Assembly: GCA_012295275.1 (NCBI GenBank)
Contig: CM022670.1
Coordinates: 35,464,001 to 35,528,000, forward strand
DNA: 64,000 nt
Direction: 5' to 3'
Origin: Chrysomallon squamiferum
Lineage: Eukaryota > Animalia > Mollusca
Below, one piece after another: positions 1 through 14,996 of the stretch. Numbering within the stretch: position 1 is the stretch's first letter; every line of letters begins with the position of its first letter. Both the position numbers and the translations under genes were made by a program. The notes below the pieces were generated by a model, which was given only the letters and a program-made list of their open reading frames with translations, had not been told where the DNA came from and did not search any database.

Positions 1-425
1 ATTATTCATTTGACCAAACTTTGCCGATAATAAAGTATAACATTAAAAAAAAAAAAAAAAAAAAACGAAATGAAATGGTGACGTTTTATTTTGTATTTTT
101 GTATATCTTTCCATGCCTTTGGTGATAAGGTTCCTAACTGTTTTATTTAATTTCGCAACTGAACTGTTCTCAACTGATGTTATTGCGAGGATTAGATTTT
201 TGCACAGTGTGTATCTAATTTTGTAATGTTCGTTTGACCTTATGGATGACCCCAGTTTGAAGCAAAGGACCGTAACACGTTATGAATAACTTCTGATAAA
301 TATATAATGAACAAAAATACTTTTTCGTGTACTTCCAAGATATTATTTTATTTGCTAATAATTAGTCTCTGATGATAATTAAATATAATATAATAACAGG
401 ATGCATGGTCAGTGACATTTTTATG

Positions 426-469
<44 letters not shown>

Positions 470-1747
470 TTATATAAGTTTAAAAAAAAAATTAGACTGA
501 GTAAAACCTTGCAAAGTCCCGTATCCACAGGATGCCACTTTCTATGTATTCTGTATTTATCTTTTCATTCACAAATTTACTCATTTTCTCCTTTTTCCAT
601 TTTTAATTTTTTCCCCACAGTTTTGGACAATATTCTTTTAACCTTAAACTGATATTTTTCATCGTCTTGTTATTTTGTCAGTGGTATAAATCATGTTGAC
701 ATTAGCTTTTGGGTCTTTGTTACAGACGTGTTAAAATAACTTGTAAGTATGCAAAATAGATTTAGACTGCTGGTGTGTGAAACCAGATTAATACTTTAAA
801 TCATTTACTTTTTTCTTCTTTTTCCCCCCACTATTCTCTCATTCCTCTCCGCTTCTCTCTTTCTCATTCTTTCCCTTTTCCTTTCTTTCTTTGTCTCACT
901 CTCCAAATGAACATCACAAACGTACAACAAAGTCTGTGCTAAATAATACTGTTTTTGAAACTGAGATATTGGACTTCGAAGTCTGATGGTTTTTAACTTA
1001 CGCTTTATTTTCAGTTCAGATTGCGTATGGACAGTGATCATATTGACACTTTTTAATATTGTGAATCGTTTCTAGACTGTGTCCCTTACAATCACACTAA
1101 AATGTGTATTTCGACAAAAGAAAAAATCTTTAAATGTTCTTCAAGTGTTGTCAGTGTTAGCTGCAGGTTCTTACTAGGACTGTATATTAATATATAGTCC
1201 GTGGAAACTTCTGTTTAAGAAAAAAAAATTATGTCAGTGTCAGTTAATTCTTCTTCTTCTTTTTCTCTTTATTTACATTTCCATATGTTTATTGTCTTTC
1301 TTTCTCCTAATCACTGGCTTTTTTTTTTTTCCTTTTTGCATTCTGCCTGACCAAGATAAAGCTGATATCTTAAGATATTCTGCAAACCTAAATAATGCAA
1401 AAACTGTACGGAATTAGCTGACTTATTTTTCAACTCACCTCTCTCGAGAATAATACATTGATTTCGTTGCCGCCTACAAAAACTCTACATCAAACAAAAC
1501 AGTTCTTAAACAACATCAATTTTTTTTAGTTTTTTAAAAATAAAAACAGTTTCCGAAATGGTCTTTTAAGATTTACACCAGCAATTAAACACAAAGAAGT
1601 GAGTTTAACAATGTGTGTGTGTGTGTGCGTGCGTGCGTGTGTGTGTGAATAACGAGAAATTTATCGAAGTATAGTTTCTTACCCCAAAAAGAATATAAAA
1701 GTGTATTTGGTCGTTATGTCTTGCCACTAGTTATTGTGTTTGCACGA

Positions 1748-1799
<52 letters not shown>

Positions 1800-3372
1800 T
1801 TTGATCTTCGTTGTAGATGACCCGGTAACAGTGACGGTTAAAACAGCATCACTGTGAAAACTGAAATATCCGTAATCCTTCGTATCGCTGCAATGATCCG
1901 CATGAATCTAACATATGTGAATTCATTCTGAGATTGATATGTACTTAACCAATAATACGGATGCACCGAACCAACATTATCCAAAAATAAAAGGAAGAAT
2001 GTATCCTATCATAATGGGTCGCCGTAAAATCAACGTCATGAAGCAGTGGGACGGCTTAACGCCGGCCAACGCGTACACGACGTCGCTCAGTACTTTCGTG
2101 TTCATCACAGTACCATATGACGACTCCTACAACGCCTGCACCAGACTGGGCAGGTGCCAAACCTGTTCTGGCAGACCACGATTTTACTACTCCAAGGGAA
2201 GAAAGGTATTTAGTGATATCATCTCGACGTCACAGGCTCGAAAGTGCTCCACGTTTAACCCGTACTTTGCAGCAAACCACAGACACTAGAATTCACGCTC
2301 TGACTGTCGTAACCGTCGACATGCTGCTGGATCACAAGCACGTCGCCCTGTTGTGACTGTTCCCCTCGTCACAGCGCGTCACATTCAGGAAACGTCAAAG
2401 AATACACCAACACTGGCGATGCTCAATGTCCATGACCTACAAATTGCTCTCAACCGGAAATGGAACGCAATTACTGTTCCTGAGGTTAATGCTGTCATCA
2501 GAAGCAGGAGACGACGATGTAATGTTGTCATCGTTGCCGTTGGAGCACACCCACGCACACACATTATTGAGCCTCTCTCGCCATTTTGGTTGATATACCG
2601 TTTCATTTTGACATTAAAATAACGACACGTGTTACTGCTGGCTACATTCAGAAATGCTGTATCAATGAAATAATGTATACAAATACATTCAACATCCAAT
2701 CAGGTTGTCGGTATTTCATATCTTGTACGTAATTGCTAAACTTATTTGGCTCAGTATATTAAAGGATTTTATCGTAACATTATAACAGCATCCAATAGGA
2801 ACGATAAAATATCAATAAATTTCCAACATTTTTGAATGGCTGGATCCAATTAGCTTAATATCAGGCTCGGTTACTTTTATCACTTTTTCTCAGCATATAT
2901 GAAATATGTATTATTATTATTATTAACTGTATGTTTCCAGATCGAAAGAGATTTTCTTCATTTTGTATTCGTTCTCCAACACAATATTTCCATCAACATT
3001 AAACGCATTTTTCACTGGTTAGTGTACAAAGTGAAAAAAACGTGGTTTTCAAAAGTATGTAGAGAACGTGGTTTTCAAAAGTGTGTATGTAACATTACTT
3101 TCAGCCTATAATCATACTCATGTCAAATTTTTTATATGGTATTATGTTTTTCTCTGTGTGTGCATGTGTGTGTGCGTGTATGTGTATGGTTGTATGTGTG
3201 TGTGTGTGTTTGGTGTGCTTTTCTTCGTCGTGTTGTTTTGGGTGTTTTTATTTACGATTTACTTATGTGAGGTTGGTGGAGGATCCTACACAACTATAAA
3301 CTCTCGGTAAACCGAAAGCCACTCTAAAATGAACATTTTTCTTATTCCAGAGAAAATCACAGTATTCTAATG

Positions 3373-3431
<59 letters not shown>

Positions 3432-4307
3432 GTTCTTCTCTTTCTTCTACTTACTACTACTTCTACTACTACTACTGCTACTACTACTGCTACTGCTACT
3501 ATTACTATCATCACTACTACTACTACGATTTTTATTATTTATTATTATTATAATTTCTTTCTTTCTTATTATCTTCTTCATTTTTTTCCCCCCAAACTCG
3601 ACGAGCAGTCATTCGACACATTAGGAAATTATCAATTTTAAGCCATCTTCCGTAGTCTGTGCAGTATCCCTACGCTTTAAGATTTACTCCGAGATAACCG
3701 CAACCTCGCGAGTGATTGGCATAATTATATTCCACGTGTCTCATCTGATCGGTTATTTTCAGCTGCATAAAAATAGAGCTTGTCATGGCGCTTTCGGAGC
3801 ATTGTGGGCAATCAACGTTATTATATGGTCGGCAGTAAATTTACCTTACGTTCAGCTTAACGCCGATAAATTAGAGAACAATCTCTGGTGATATTCCGTT
3901 AATATGGATCGCGAGCTCCGCGCAGTCATCAGGGCTGATACATAATCTTTTTATTGATTTAGACTAATCATGCATCATTTGTGATTGTATTATTCTTACT
4001 GGCGTTTCTGAACTGTTAATTTATTACATTTTCCTTTCTTTCTTTTTTTTTGGGGGGGGTTCTTTATTAATATTACAATGTTGAAAATAATAATGAAGCG
4101 TATATATTTTTATGTATATATGCATATGTGTGTATATGTGTGTGTGTGTGTGTGTCTGTAAGAATTTAGCCCTATATTCAATTATGAAAAGATATTTATA
4201 CAATAAGCGATTTTTGCATATTTTAAAGAGTTGAAAGATCAAGCTTTGAAATAGTCCGTATTCATAAACACATTATTGGTCTATTTCTTGTTCAAACCTG
4301 TGCCTTG

Positions 4308-4388
<81 letters not shown>

Positions 4389-4455
4389 TTTAAATCGCTT
4401 GGGTTTTTCATACAGAGACTAATTATATTTTCTGTTTCTTTGATTGAATCTATAT

Positions 4456-4518
<63 letters not shown>

Positions 4519-5612
4519 ATCCTCTCTGTTTCTTTTTATGTATGTGTGTTTTTTACACACAACACACATACTGCAGTATTTATTAAAATAAGAAGTAACT
4601 TTTACCAGAAATTAGAAATGATTAAATTTCGAATAATCTTATCGTCATTTTTTTTTTTTTTTTTTTTTTTTTTATATTATTATCTGTTTCATATTTAAAT
4701 ACAAAAAGTCAATTCCCTTTTCAGTTAATTTAATTTATTTTTAACTTTATAGTTCCCTGGAATGTGATTACATTTTAAACAAAATTTCCAGACGTTGTCA
4801 CACTTCTGCTAACACAGATGTGTTTTCTTTTTCATGACGTCATATTCTGTGTATTACATCATATATTTTTTCCGAGAGAAATTTTTTATGCTGACAAGCC
4901 GTTACGATAACAATGTCATCCAGAACTTTCATTATTTTATGATTATTTTTAAAAACCATGCTCTGAGAAAACATGAAAAAGTTAATGCCCTCGGCTTCTA
5001 AGAGGTAAGAAATGTGTAGATGTCGCTGCTGGCTTAAAACAGCCAGAAACAGTAGAACATGGCGCTTTTCTGACACGTCAGCCATTAATTAGCAAAAGAA
5101 TCCGTTTCTGAAGTTACTAAAACACTGCATGTGACTATAAATGCATAAAATGAAAACAAATTTGTTCGTGAAATAATACTAGAACAATATTAATCGGCAG
5201 CTCAGAATTAATATTCGTCAAATTAGTGGGACTGTGTGCAAGGGTAAAGGCGTAATTAAACATCTTAAAAGTTTTAAACACAAAGAGGACCTTTTTTGTT
5301 TTTTTTAATTATTATTTGTTTGTTTGAAACCATTTTAAGACGGTAATTACAAAATTATAATGCAGATATTTCATAGCTAAATTACAGACTGTTCTAACAG
5401 CCATTGAAATTATTGCTCTGCATTTTTTTTAATACTGCGTTCCTGAAGAATTGTGTTTTAGAGGATGGTTAGAAAACTCTCCACCAGTATAGACTTATAC
5501 GTCTTTTATTTTTTTTTTTTTTTTTTTGCTGCATAAAACATTAAATGTCTAAAATGACATAAAACCATTTGTTCCTGGTGACGTATAAAAATGAATAGAC
5601 GGCTGTTGTTTT

Positions 5613-5662
<50 letters not shown>

Positions 5663-6528
5663 TTATTTATTTATTATTTTGTTGTTGTTGTTGTTTCGAA
5701 TTACATAAAGGAATTTAAATATTAACTTGAAACCAGTTATTTTTCTTTCCATTAAGCTACATTTTAGCAAATCTGTATGTAATGCGTACTTTTGGTTTAT
5801 TTTACATTTTTAATTTTCTTTTTTCGTTTTTCTTTCTTTTCTTTTCTTTTGGTTTTGTTTTGTTTTTATGAGCTTTTCTCTTCATTTATATAATTACACA
5901 GATTGACAGCTACGGATATAGACATATATTTTTTTTGTATTTTATGTTTATTTTTATTTTTTATTTTTTTTAGTTACGGATGTGTTAATTTTCCATTGCT
6001 TAAATGTAACGGTATTTTTCGGTTGGAAAACCCCTCAACGAAACACTTTTTTTTTTTTTTTTTTTTAACTCAACAATCCGCAGATTACTAAAACAACACA
6101 AATGTTTCTTCACAATACACACGAAGCACTTTGTAACAGTGTGGGACATATTGATCTCTCTTAATCGTAGGCCCAAACAGCAAATGTTTCAAGACAGTTC
6201 ACACACACACTGAGAAGACAAATTGGACAATCATTCCACGTCTAAAAACTGTAATAATAGATCATCTCCCACCATTTCTGTTTGCCCTATACAAGTAATT
6301 GTAGAGGCGCAAAGAGGTAATTACATTTTAGTTGCACAGAAAACGTCAAGCGAAAACTATGCTTGGTGTAGGTGTTCACGTACACTTTGTGTTTTCGTTT
6401 TTCAATGTTTTTTTTTTTTTTTTTTTTTTTCTTCACAGTATTATATTTATTTATTTCTTTCTTTATTTAATATTATTATTATTATACTGTTACCTTTTTA
6501 ATATTATTATTACTATTATTACTATTAC

Positions 6529-6571
<43 letters not shown>

Positions 6572-6937
6572 GTTATTATTATTAATTTTTAACATTTAAT
6601 TTAATTTTTATTCATTTTATTTATTAATAGATTGATTGATTGATTTATGTACAGTATTTATTATGTGACTAAATAAATAATAAGTAGCAGTAGTGGAACT
6701 GGTAATGATAGTAGCCACAGTAAACAACAACAACAACAACAACAACAATAATAACAATACTAATAATAATACATTAAAGGGTTTGTGCTTTCATTTGTTT
6801 TGGGTTGTTGGTTTTTTTTTGGGGGGGGTTGAGTTTTTTCTCTGTTTATATTTATTTATTTATTATTTTTATTTATTTATTATCATGAAAGTCTCACAAT
6901 CTGTTACAGAAATTTATATATTTTCTTCTATTTTCAG

Positions 6938-7021
6938 CTTGGCAATGAAAAGCAACAATGGTAGCCAGGAACCTAGGGCCAAAGACACCAAATTAGGAAC
7001 AATAACAGAGAAAGACGATCC
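6938..7021 (+). CDS. RGS20-like: RZ-family RGS (RGS17/19/20-like), internal coding exon upstream of the RGS box
   Basis: ttttcag|C TTG GCA ATG AAA...GAC GAT CC|gtaagt; 84 nt, phase 2-2; encodes LAMKSNNGSQEPRAKDTKLGTITEKDDP and joins the 12104 exon in frame (CC+C = Pro). The upstream Cys-string exon typical of RZ proteins was not found in the window. Confidence 0.7.
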
Positions 7022-7232
7022 GTAAGTATTTCAGATATATATAAGAGATATATATATATAGACCTTCTACTGAAACTTTCATCACTTAAAATTTACATTA
7101 AACTTTGCGAATATAAAATTATAGTTACGTAACTTAGGTAAACACACATTTATGCCGCTAAGCTGTAATTGTTATAACATTCTTATTTTGTTTTTACTGA
7201 AACTAGCATTAAGTTAAAGCTAAGCATTTGGA

Positions 7233-7264
<32 letters not shown>

Positions 7265-7544
7265 CAGAGAGATTACTGCTAGTTACTTTTCTTATTAATT
7301 AGACTTTATCTAATCCAATTTGTACCCATTATTTGAATATTAAATAAAGCGTTCATGACAATTACCGATAATTGCTAACACTATTATTATATATTTATTT
7401 CTATTTTTCATGATAGTAATATCGATAATCATTATCTCTTTTTTCGTCTTTGATAACTGTAATTATTATTTAACATTTGCGAATGAAGAATTTTAGAAAA
7501 AGGAGAACGTTTTCGTGAAGTTTCAGTTCCAAATAGTTTTATTT

Positions 7545-7598
<54 letters not shown>

Positions 7599-8003
7599 GT
7601 TGTAGTACCAGCCAAAGTAACATAATAATAAAACAAAACAAAACAAAAATTGATATAAAGCAATGATAATTTTTATTTTTTATTTTTTTTAAATATGCTA
7701 CAGAAACCAAATCGAAAAGTAAATATCTTACAAAATCATTTCTAGTTCTGTTTATTTATTATTTCCGTGTTTTTATTTGTTTTTGTTCTCTTATTGTTTT
7801 GTTCTTTTTTATTATCATTTTTTAATTATTATTTATTTGTTAATAGTGTTTTTGTGAAAAATTATTAATGAAACTATAGTTTTGTTGTTTGTTTAGTTGT
7901 TTTATTTGTTTTGAATGATTACGCCATAATTAAGTCTTCCTAATACTGCCTTTGTAATAACTCATAATTATTCATTTATTTATTTATTTTATCAGAAGAA
8001 TCT

Positions 8004-8084
<81 letters not shown>

Positions 8085-9271
8085 CGAATTACACTAGATT
8101 AAGAGCACAACTGCATTACCGTTTGTGCAACGGCGACCACCTATTTAAGAAATCTCACAAAATCTCGTACCGAATATTTCCGAAACCTCTTCGGAAAGCC
8201 TAATGAGCAGACGACACCCGAAGGCGGTGGTCACAAATTTAGATTATTTCTACAAATTGGCTGTTTAATGCCAGTGATTTTATTCGGTTTGAAAGGATCG
8301 TGTCGTGTCAAAGTTGCGACAGTCTGTACTGAAAACTTCTAACGAAAATTTCTCTCTTAATATCCAATCAAAAAAATAACTTTCGGGCTCCACGCCTCTG
8401 AAATTTTAGAACCCACTCTCGCTTCTGAAACCCGGTGTCGTCATGGCAACATCATTAAATATATGCTTGGCCTTCGAGGCTACACTTTCTGCCATATTGT
8501 TCACAAGAAGGAAAACGCTACAAAAACAAAAACTGTTTACTTGATAGCTAAGATTAATAAGAAGAAAATAAATGAGAGTGGAAAGTACATATATTTATTT
8601 TACCCGTTGTTGTTTTGTATGCTGAGATAATAACGTAAATAATTGAATACAAAATGGAAAAAGAAGAAAAAATATTTTTAAAAACTAAAATTTAAAATTC
8701 AGCTGGCCATTAGGTAAGACTTATTTTTTTTGTTGTTGTTGTTGTTGTTGTTGTTGTTTTATATTTTTTTTTTTTTTATTTTGCATGTGTGTCTTTAACG
8801 TGAACAAATTAAACAAATATACAGTGTAATTGACAGAAGAAAAAAATTATTGATTAATTAATTAATTAATTAAAATAAAAGTTTATATGAAACAAATACA
8901 TTTCAGAAATATAAATAGATTAAAATCAATTTTTCGTAACAGATAATATTACCAATTTATGCACAGATGTTTTTGTTTGGGCTTTTCAGAATTTTGTATT
9001 TTTTATTGTTTTAATTTTTTATAATTGTATATCTTTCTTTTTTTCTCTCTCTCTTTTTTTCATTTTTTTAAAATTTATTTGTTCTCTTTTTTTAGAATTT
9101 GTTATTTATTTATTTATTTATTTATTTGCTTCCATATTTTTTTATTTATTTTAATACAGAATAGGATTCGTGCTTATGCTTACTCCATTAATATTTTGTT
9201 AGAAAATTAAATTTAATATTAATGACAAATTACTGTTTTCAAAAAAGATTAACATTTAACATTTATTTTAT

Positions 9272-9368
<97 letters not shown>

Positions 9369-9982
9369 GACAATGATCATTACCTCTCTGACGAATTTAT
9401 TCGCAATGTTTTCAGTGAACATTATTATCATGCTGTTTCTTTTTTTTGTTGTTCTTGTTGTTTTTATTGTGTTTTTTTTTTTGTTTTTTTTCCCCTTTAT
9501 CTCAACGATAATGTTTTACTACAGTGAAAATGTGTTGGAGATAAATTCAGAATAGCTTCATTTCTTTAACCATTTTAGGAGCAATGAGATTGCGCCATTC
9601 ATACACACTTCCCGTAATTGACAAGTTTGACGTCAATAAACACAATCTCTGTCTATCTCAGACGTCCATAATAAATTATCGCGTTGTTTTAGGCTTTATT
9701 TCTGTACTGCATTCAATGACAAATTACGGATATCGATAATAACAGTTTTCCTGTGACAGCTTATGTAAGAGTGAGAGAGAGAGAGAGGAGGGAAGGAAAT
9801 AGAGAAAATTGGAATGGGAGGGAAGGTGAAGGTGTGAAGGTGAAAAAATATATATAGGCAGACAGACAGATATATAGATAGATATAAAGACAGACAGAAA
9901 GACAGACAGACAGATATATAGATAGATATAAAGACAGACAGAAAGACAGACAGACATATATATAGAGAGACAGGCAGACAGG

Positions 9983-10022
<40 letters not shown>

Positions 10023-10649
10023 GTGAGATACAGATATGTATGTGTGTCTTTCGCGTTATAAAGTGAGTGAAAAAAAAAAAGAAAATCATACAAATAATCC
10101 AGTAATTGTGGACGACAGGACAGTAAATCAAGGGCTGCGCTTCGAACATCAACCTACCCGCGAAATTCAAAACCAGCCAGTTTAAAATATAGCCTGTTTT
10201 CTGGCATTTTCGGATTTCTGGAAGCCGGATAAGGGGTTCGGTGCCTGTACATAACTTTTTTTCGTTTAAATGTGAAGAAAAAAAAAATAAGTACTTATCC
10301 ATATAGGCATGTGTTATTATTTTAGGTTATTTCTAAACCAATAGTTTAAATGGTTACCACTGTTTGCAGATTTGTTTCTTCGTTTTTTTTCTTTGTTTGC
10401 TTTGTAATTTGTTGGAAATTATTTTTTTTTTTTTTCTTCTTCTTTTTTATTATAATTATTTTTTTAATTTTATATATATATATTATAAACACACACATAC
10501 ATACATATATTCTTAACGTGGAGTCAGGGTATAAAACAAATAACATTTACAAATACGTCATGTGGTACACAAAATTATTTATATATTTGTCTCCATTTTT
10601 TTTTTTTTTTTTTTTTTTTTTTGTTTATTTATTTATTTAAAAAAAATAT

Positions 10650-10685
<36 letters not shown>

Positions 10686-12103
10686 TCAGTGCTGTAAGGA
10701 AACTAATTAAAACTAGCAGAGGTGAAAGATACACAAAGATATTTAAAAATATAAGCTGCAGGCTCACATTTCAGTATTCAGTAAACTACCTAAATTAAAA
10801 CTAGCAAATGTAAAGTAAACCGCAACGAAATTAAAACGCACAAGCTGCAGGACAGTGGTATGGGGGGATTTCCAGCTTTGACTCTCGAACTCAAATCTGT
10901 AGCAAAATAAAATTCTCTCCAGCCAGATTTGACCTCAGAGATTGGATTATAAAGTTTGGTTAAGACGGCTCGGGAGTGACAGTTTGGAGTCTTGAAGCAT
11001 ATAAAAAGCACTCTAAATCACCATCATCTGAACATCTACTTGTGACATTATCAATTGAGGACTGGTGTACTCGTTTACTGCACCATCGAGCATAGAGCTT
11101 AGACAGTAATGGAAACCACTTTGCAAGATAAGAGTTCGCGACCCGTCAGACTGTCCAACAAATATTAATCAGTTAATTACTTATTTCCTTTCTGCGAGGT
11201 ATCGTCCTTGAGATATATATGTGTGTGTGTGTTTGTGTGTGTGGATGTGTGTGCGTGTGTGCGTGCGCGCGAATGCACACACACACACACACACACACTC
11301 ACACACACACACATACATATCCTATTTTGTTATTTTGTTATTTTGTTATTTTTCAGTTTATTAGGTGGTGTGTTGTTCTTGTTGTTGTTGTTTTATTGTT
11401 GTTGTTTTTTTTTTCTCTCTTTCCGACTTTGAATCTACGTACAGTATATTTCTAAACCCTTTCGTTCATTTTTTAAAAAAATATATTTTCTGTAAGCAAG
11501 GAGTCTTATGGCAAATAAAATATATTTTATATAAATTCCATTTTTTTGACCAGTAAGTATTAAACTTAACTAGACGAAATTGAAAAGCTGTATTTAGCTT
11601 TAGTTTCCAAATAAGAAAAAAATAAAACGTTGTCATTAACGGCTTTTCCTATCGATTAAACCAAACTGTGAGTGAAATGGCTTGAACAAAGCGACGCACA
11701 AAAGATGCTGGTTAGAGTGTCCATGACTGTAACTATCTGTGTGACATTTATCGCCAACTACGTTAAACCTGATCGCCAATATCCGACACAGGCACGCGCT
11801 ATGTCTATTTTCCAGTGGCAGTTTATCTTCATCGATTTCCGTTGACGTTTGGCGCGCGCTGACACACTTTACAGTGGCATTCTGAACAGGCGTTCAATCA
11901 AATTGAATCCGTGGCAAAATTAAGGACTTTAAATCGTATTAGCACTCCCAGTAGACAAGAACCTGTATATGGCAATAGCCCACGCTGCGATACTTAAGCA
12001 GGTGAAATGCGGTTGTGTTACTTATACTTATTTTCATTTTTTTTTTGTTTTCATTTTATTTTATTTTATTTTATTTTTTTTTTTTTTTTTTTTTTTTTTT
12101 CAG

Positions 12104-12165
12104 CCCGACCTTAGAGGATGTCAAGAGTTGGGGAGAGTCTTTCGACAAACTTATGAAAAGTAAAG
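12104..12165 (+). CDS. RGS20-like: RZ-family RGS exon, start of the RGS domain
   Basis: Long poly-T tract then cag|C CCG ACC TTA GAG; encodes PTLEDVKSWGESFDKLMKSK, resembling RGS20 PTLEEVNAWAQSFDKLM. The 3' boundary is uncertain: homology puts it at 12165 (followed by AT), while the nearest GT gives 12159. Confidence 0.9.
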
Positions 12166-14105
12166 ATTTGTTTTGTTTTGTTTGTTTGTTGTGTTTCCAC
12201 ATAAATTATATGTTTTGGATATTAATATAATAGATGCATTCACATTCAGACACAGTTAATGTACATTATGAAATTTTAATTTTTCCCATGTTGTAAAACA
12301 AATGAAAGGCAAACGAAAGTCAACATCAGAGGATAAAGATAAATATGTTTTTAGGTTGTGTTTTTTTTTTTTTTTTTTTTTTTTTATTTGATAAGATCAT
12401 TAAACAATAAATAAATAAATAAATAAATAAAAAAAAAAACAGTAATAATAAAACAATATTCTTAGATTAAACGATTTTGCTGGGATGTATTTATTTGTTC
12501 ACGAAGCAAATCAATTTCTTATTGCTTTCATTGATCCTGCATTTGTTTATATTGTCATCATAATAAGGATTTCTCAGAAAAGATTGATTCTGGCAATATT
12601 AAACATCGCCGGATCAATTCTGCCTTTAGATCTCCAGTATCGAGAAATGAAATCAAGATTGCAGTTATGATGCAGTGTTATAAATGACGTTATTACGTCG
12701 CAGGATGTGGCAATATTGCTACTGAAGAAGACTTCTGAAAGTGAATTCGTAAAAATAAAAAAAATAAATCCCGACGTTGTCTATATTGCTGTTTATAAAC
12801 TAAAACTGGCTTAATGTGAATTCTTTCTTGAACAAGGCTCGTACTGATGCGTCTGTGATTATTGTATTGATTTGTGAAAAAAAAAAGAAATAATATTAAT
12901 AAATATAATTATTGTTGTTACAAAGTATTTACACTTGTCAATATTCTTAAATTGCTACTGGGTGCTTAAGTACACTGTTTCATTAATAGTTTTAAAAAAA
13001 AGAAGAGAAAACCATTAAAGGTTTCAGAGATTTATATACATATATATATATACAACAAAAAACATTTGCAAGATGAGGTTAATATAAGGGTTATCTTACA
13101 AAATGTAAATAATAATAATAATAACAACATCAACAAATGAATGTTTCAATATTTTATGAATATTAATGTCTTTACAAAGCACATTTAAACATTTTGATAA
13201 AAAAAATAGTTCTGAAACCCCAGTCTGTTTCAAAAATTATTACTGCCAGGAAACGATAATGTGTGCAAGTTACAACAAAAAGAATGCTTCAGTATTTTTT
13301 GCAAGCATGAGCCTTGATTGAAGTGACCTCTACACCTTCAGTGATGGCCGATTCCTGTTTGGTGATATCAAGCAAATTATCATTCGTTGTTGACATTTCC
13401 ACTCGATGGACAGGGCACGAAGTAAGCAGCCTCTCCCAGAAAGCCAATAGTTCGTTCTCCGACGTCAGATGTTAATCGAGGCATGACTACGTCTCTCAGA
13501 TGGAAACGTTAATAGCGTTTTGATAGATCCTCATTGTTACTCCATCAGAGAATATCGAACGGAGATGTTTTGTTATGTACGAATATCACATAAATAATCC
13601 GAGAGTGAAAGGAACAATTTTATGTCCTTCCTAAATGCATTAACGTCTTCAGATCCAAAAACTGAAGCCGATGTTTTCTCGATGAAGGTTTTCTTTTGCC
13701 TTTCAAGATTAAAATTTTTATCACACAAACACACATACAGACATAGTGAGTTGTAGGTGTTACAAACCATTGTGTAAGTGCGTGATTTTGAATGAGAAAG
13801 CTTTTTTTTTTTTTTTTTTTTTTTTTGAGTGAAGACGAATATGAAAATACAGTGATATTCAGTGATATGTGTATTTGTCTCGCGTGTGCATCTATAGATA
13901 GAAATGCAGGTGTGTGTGTGTCGTGTGCGCGTGTGTGTGTATGCGTAGATACTGTTATAAATATCTCTATACAGGATTGAAAGCAGGTCTTAATGGTTCA
14001 TAATTACTCAGAATAAGGTGTTATTAGTCGCTATGAGATGTCTGAACGCATCTAAGTCCAATCAATTATTACTAAAACTTGTCAATACTTGTTCGTCTCT
14101 TTCAG

Positions 14106-14272
14106 CTGGTCGGAAAGTATTTAGGGAATTTCTACGATCAGAATATAGTGAAGAAAATATGCTATTTTGGTTAGCATGTGAAGACTTAAAGAAAGAAGAA
14201 AATCCCGAATTAATAGAAGAAAAAGCTCGTTTGATATACGAGGACTATATTTCTATATTATCGCCAAAAGAG
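14106..14272 (+). CDS. RGS20-like: RZ-family RGS exon, core of the RGS domain
   Basis: tttcag|CT GGT CGG...AAA GAG|gtgagt; encodes GRKVFREFLRSEYSEENMLFWLACEDLKKEENPELIEEKARLIYEDYISILSPKE, close to the RGS17/19/20 box. Confidence 0.97.
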
Positions 14273-14288
14273 GTGAGTTTGATCTCCA

Positions 14289-14429
<141 letters not shown>

Positions 14430-14806
14430 CAAAGACGAAATTATAACACGAAATCAGTACAAACACATTTAATATGAGCAAAGTGGCGCACTGATTGATT
14501 TTCCATCAAAGTGTGGGCGGGCTTTCTTTATGATACGTTTGGGTCCATTCATATTTGAAAGACAGTACATTAAAATATGCCGTCTCTAAAAGCGGGGGCA
14601 GGAAAGGACAACAAACAAATCGACGATTAAGTGCAATTATTTTTAGAATTGATTTTATTCAAACAGTCTAATGTAACTTACTAAATGTATTATCATTTTC
14701 GTCATCAGCATCATCATCATCATCATTATTTTTAAATGGTTTTGAGATTATTACTCTTAGTAAGATCGTTGACTTAAGCTGGTTTAAAAAAAAAAAATCA
14801 AATAAA

Positions 14807-14837
<31 letters not shown>

Positions 14838-14957
14838 TGGTGAGAACCTTGAAATTATAAATACAAGCAAAATATCGTAAAGTAATCTGCTACAAATGGT
14901 CTATAAAACTTTTTTCTATAATTATATATATAATTTTTACTTTATTTTTCTAAACTA

Positions 14958-14996
<39 letters not shown>

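Noticed and set aside
1939-2699. Cluster of overlapping ORFs in a CpG-richer island
   Set aside because: No recognisable domain, no RZ Cys-string and no convincing splice sites linking it to the 6938 exon. More likely regulatory or non-coding.
4835-9635. Two perfect CRE palindromes (TGACGTCA at 4835 and 9628) in RGS introns
   Set aside because: Two 8-mers in 64 kb is not clearly above chance and there is no independent support.
11969-12001. ATG...CAG|gtgaaa as a mini first exon for RGS
   Set aside because: It is phase 0, whereas the 12104 exon needs phase 2, so it would be out of frame.
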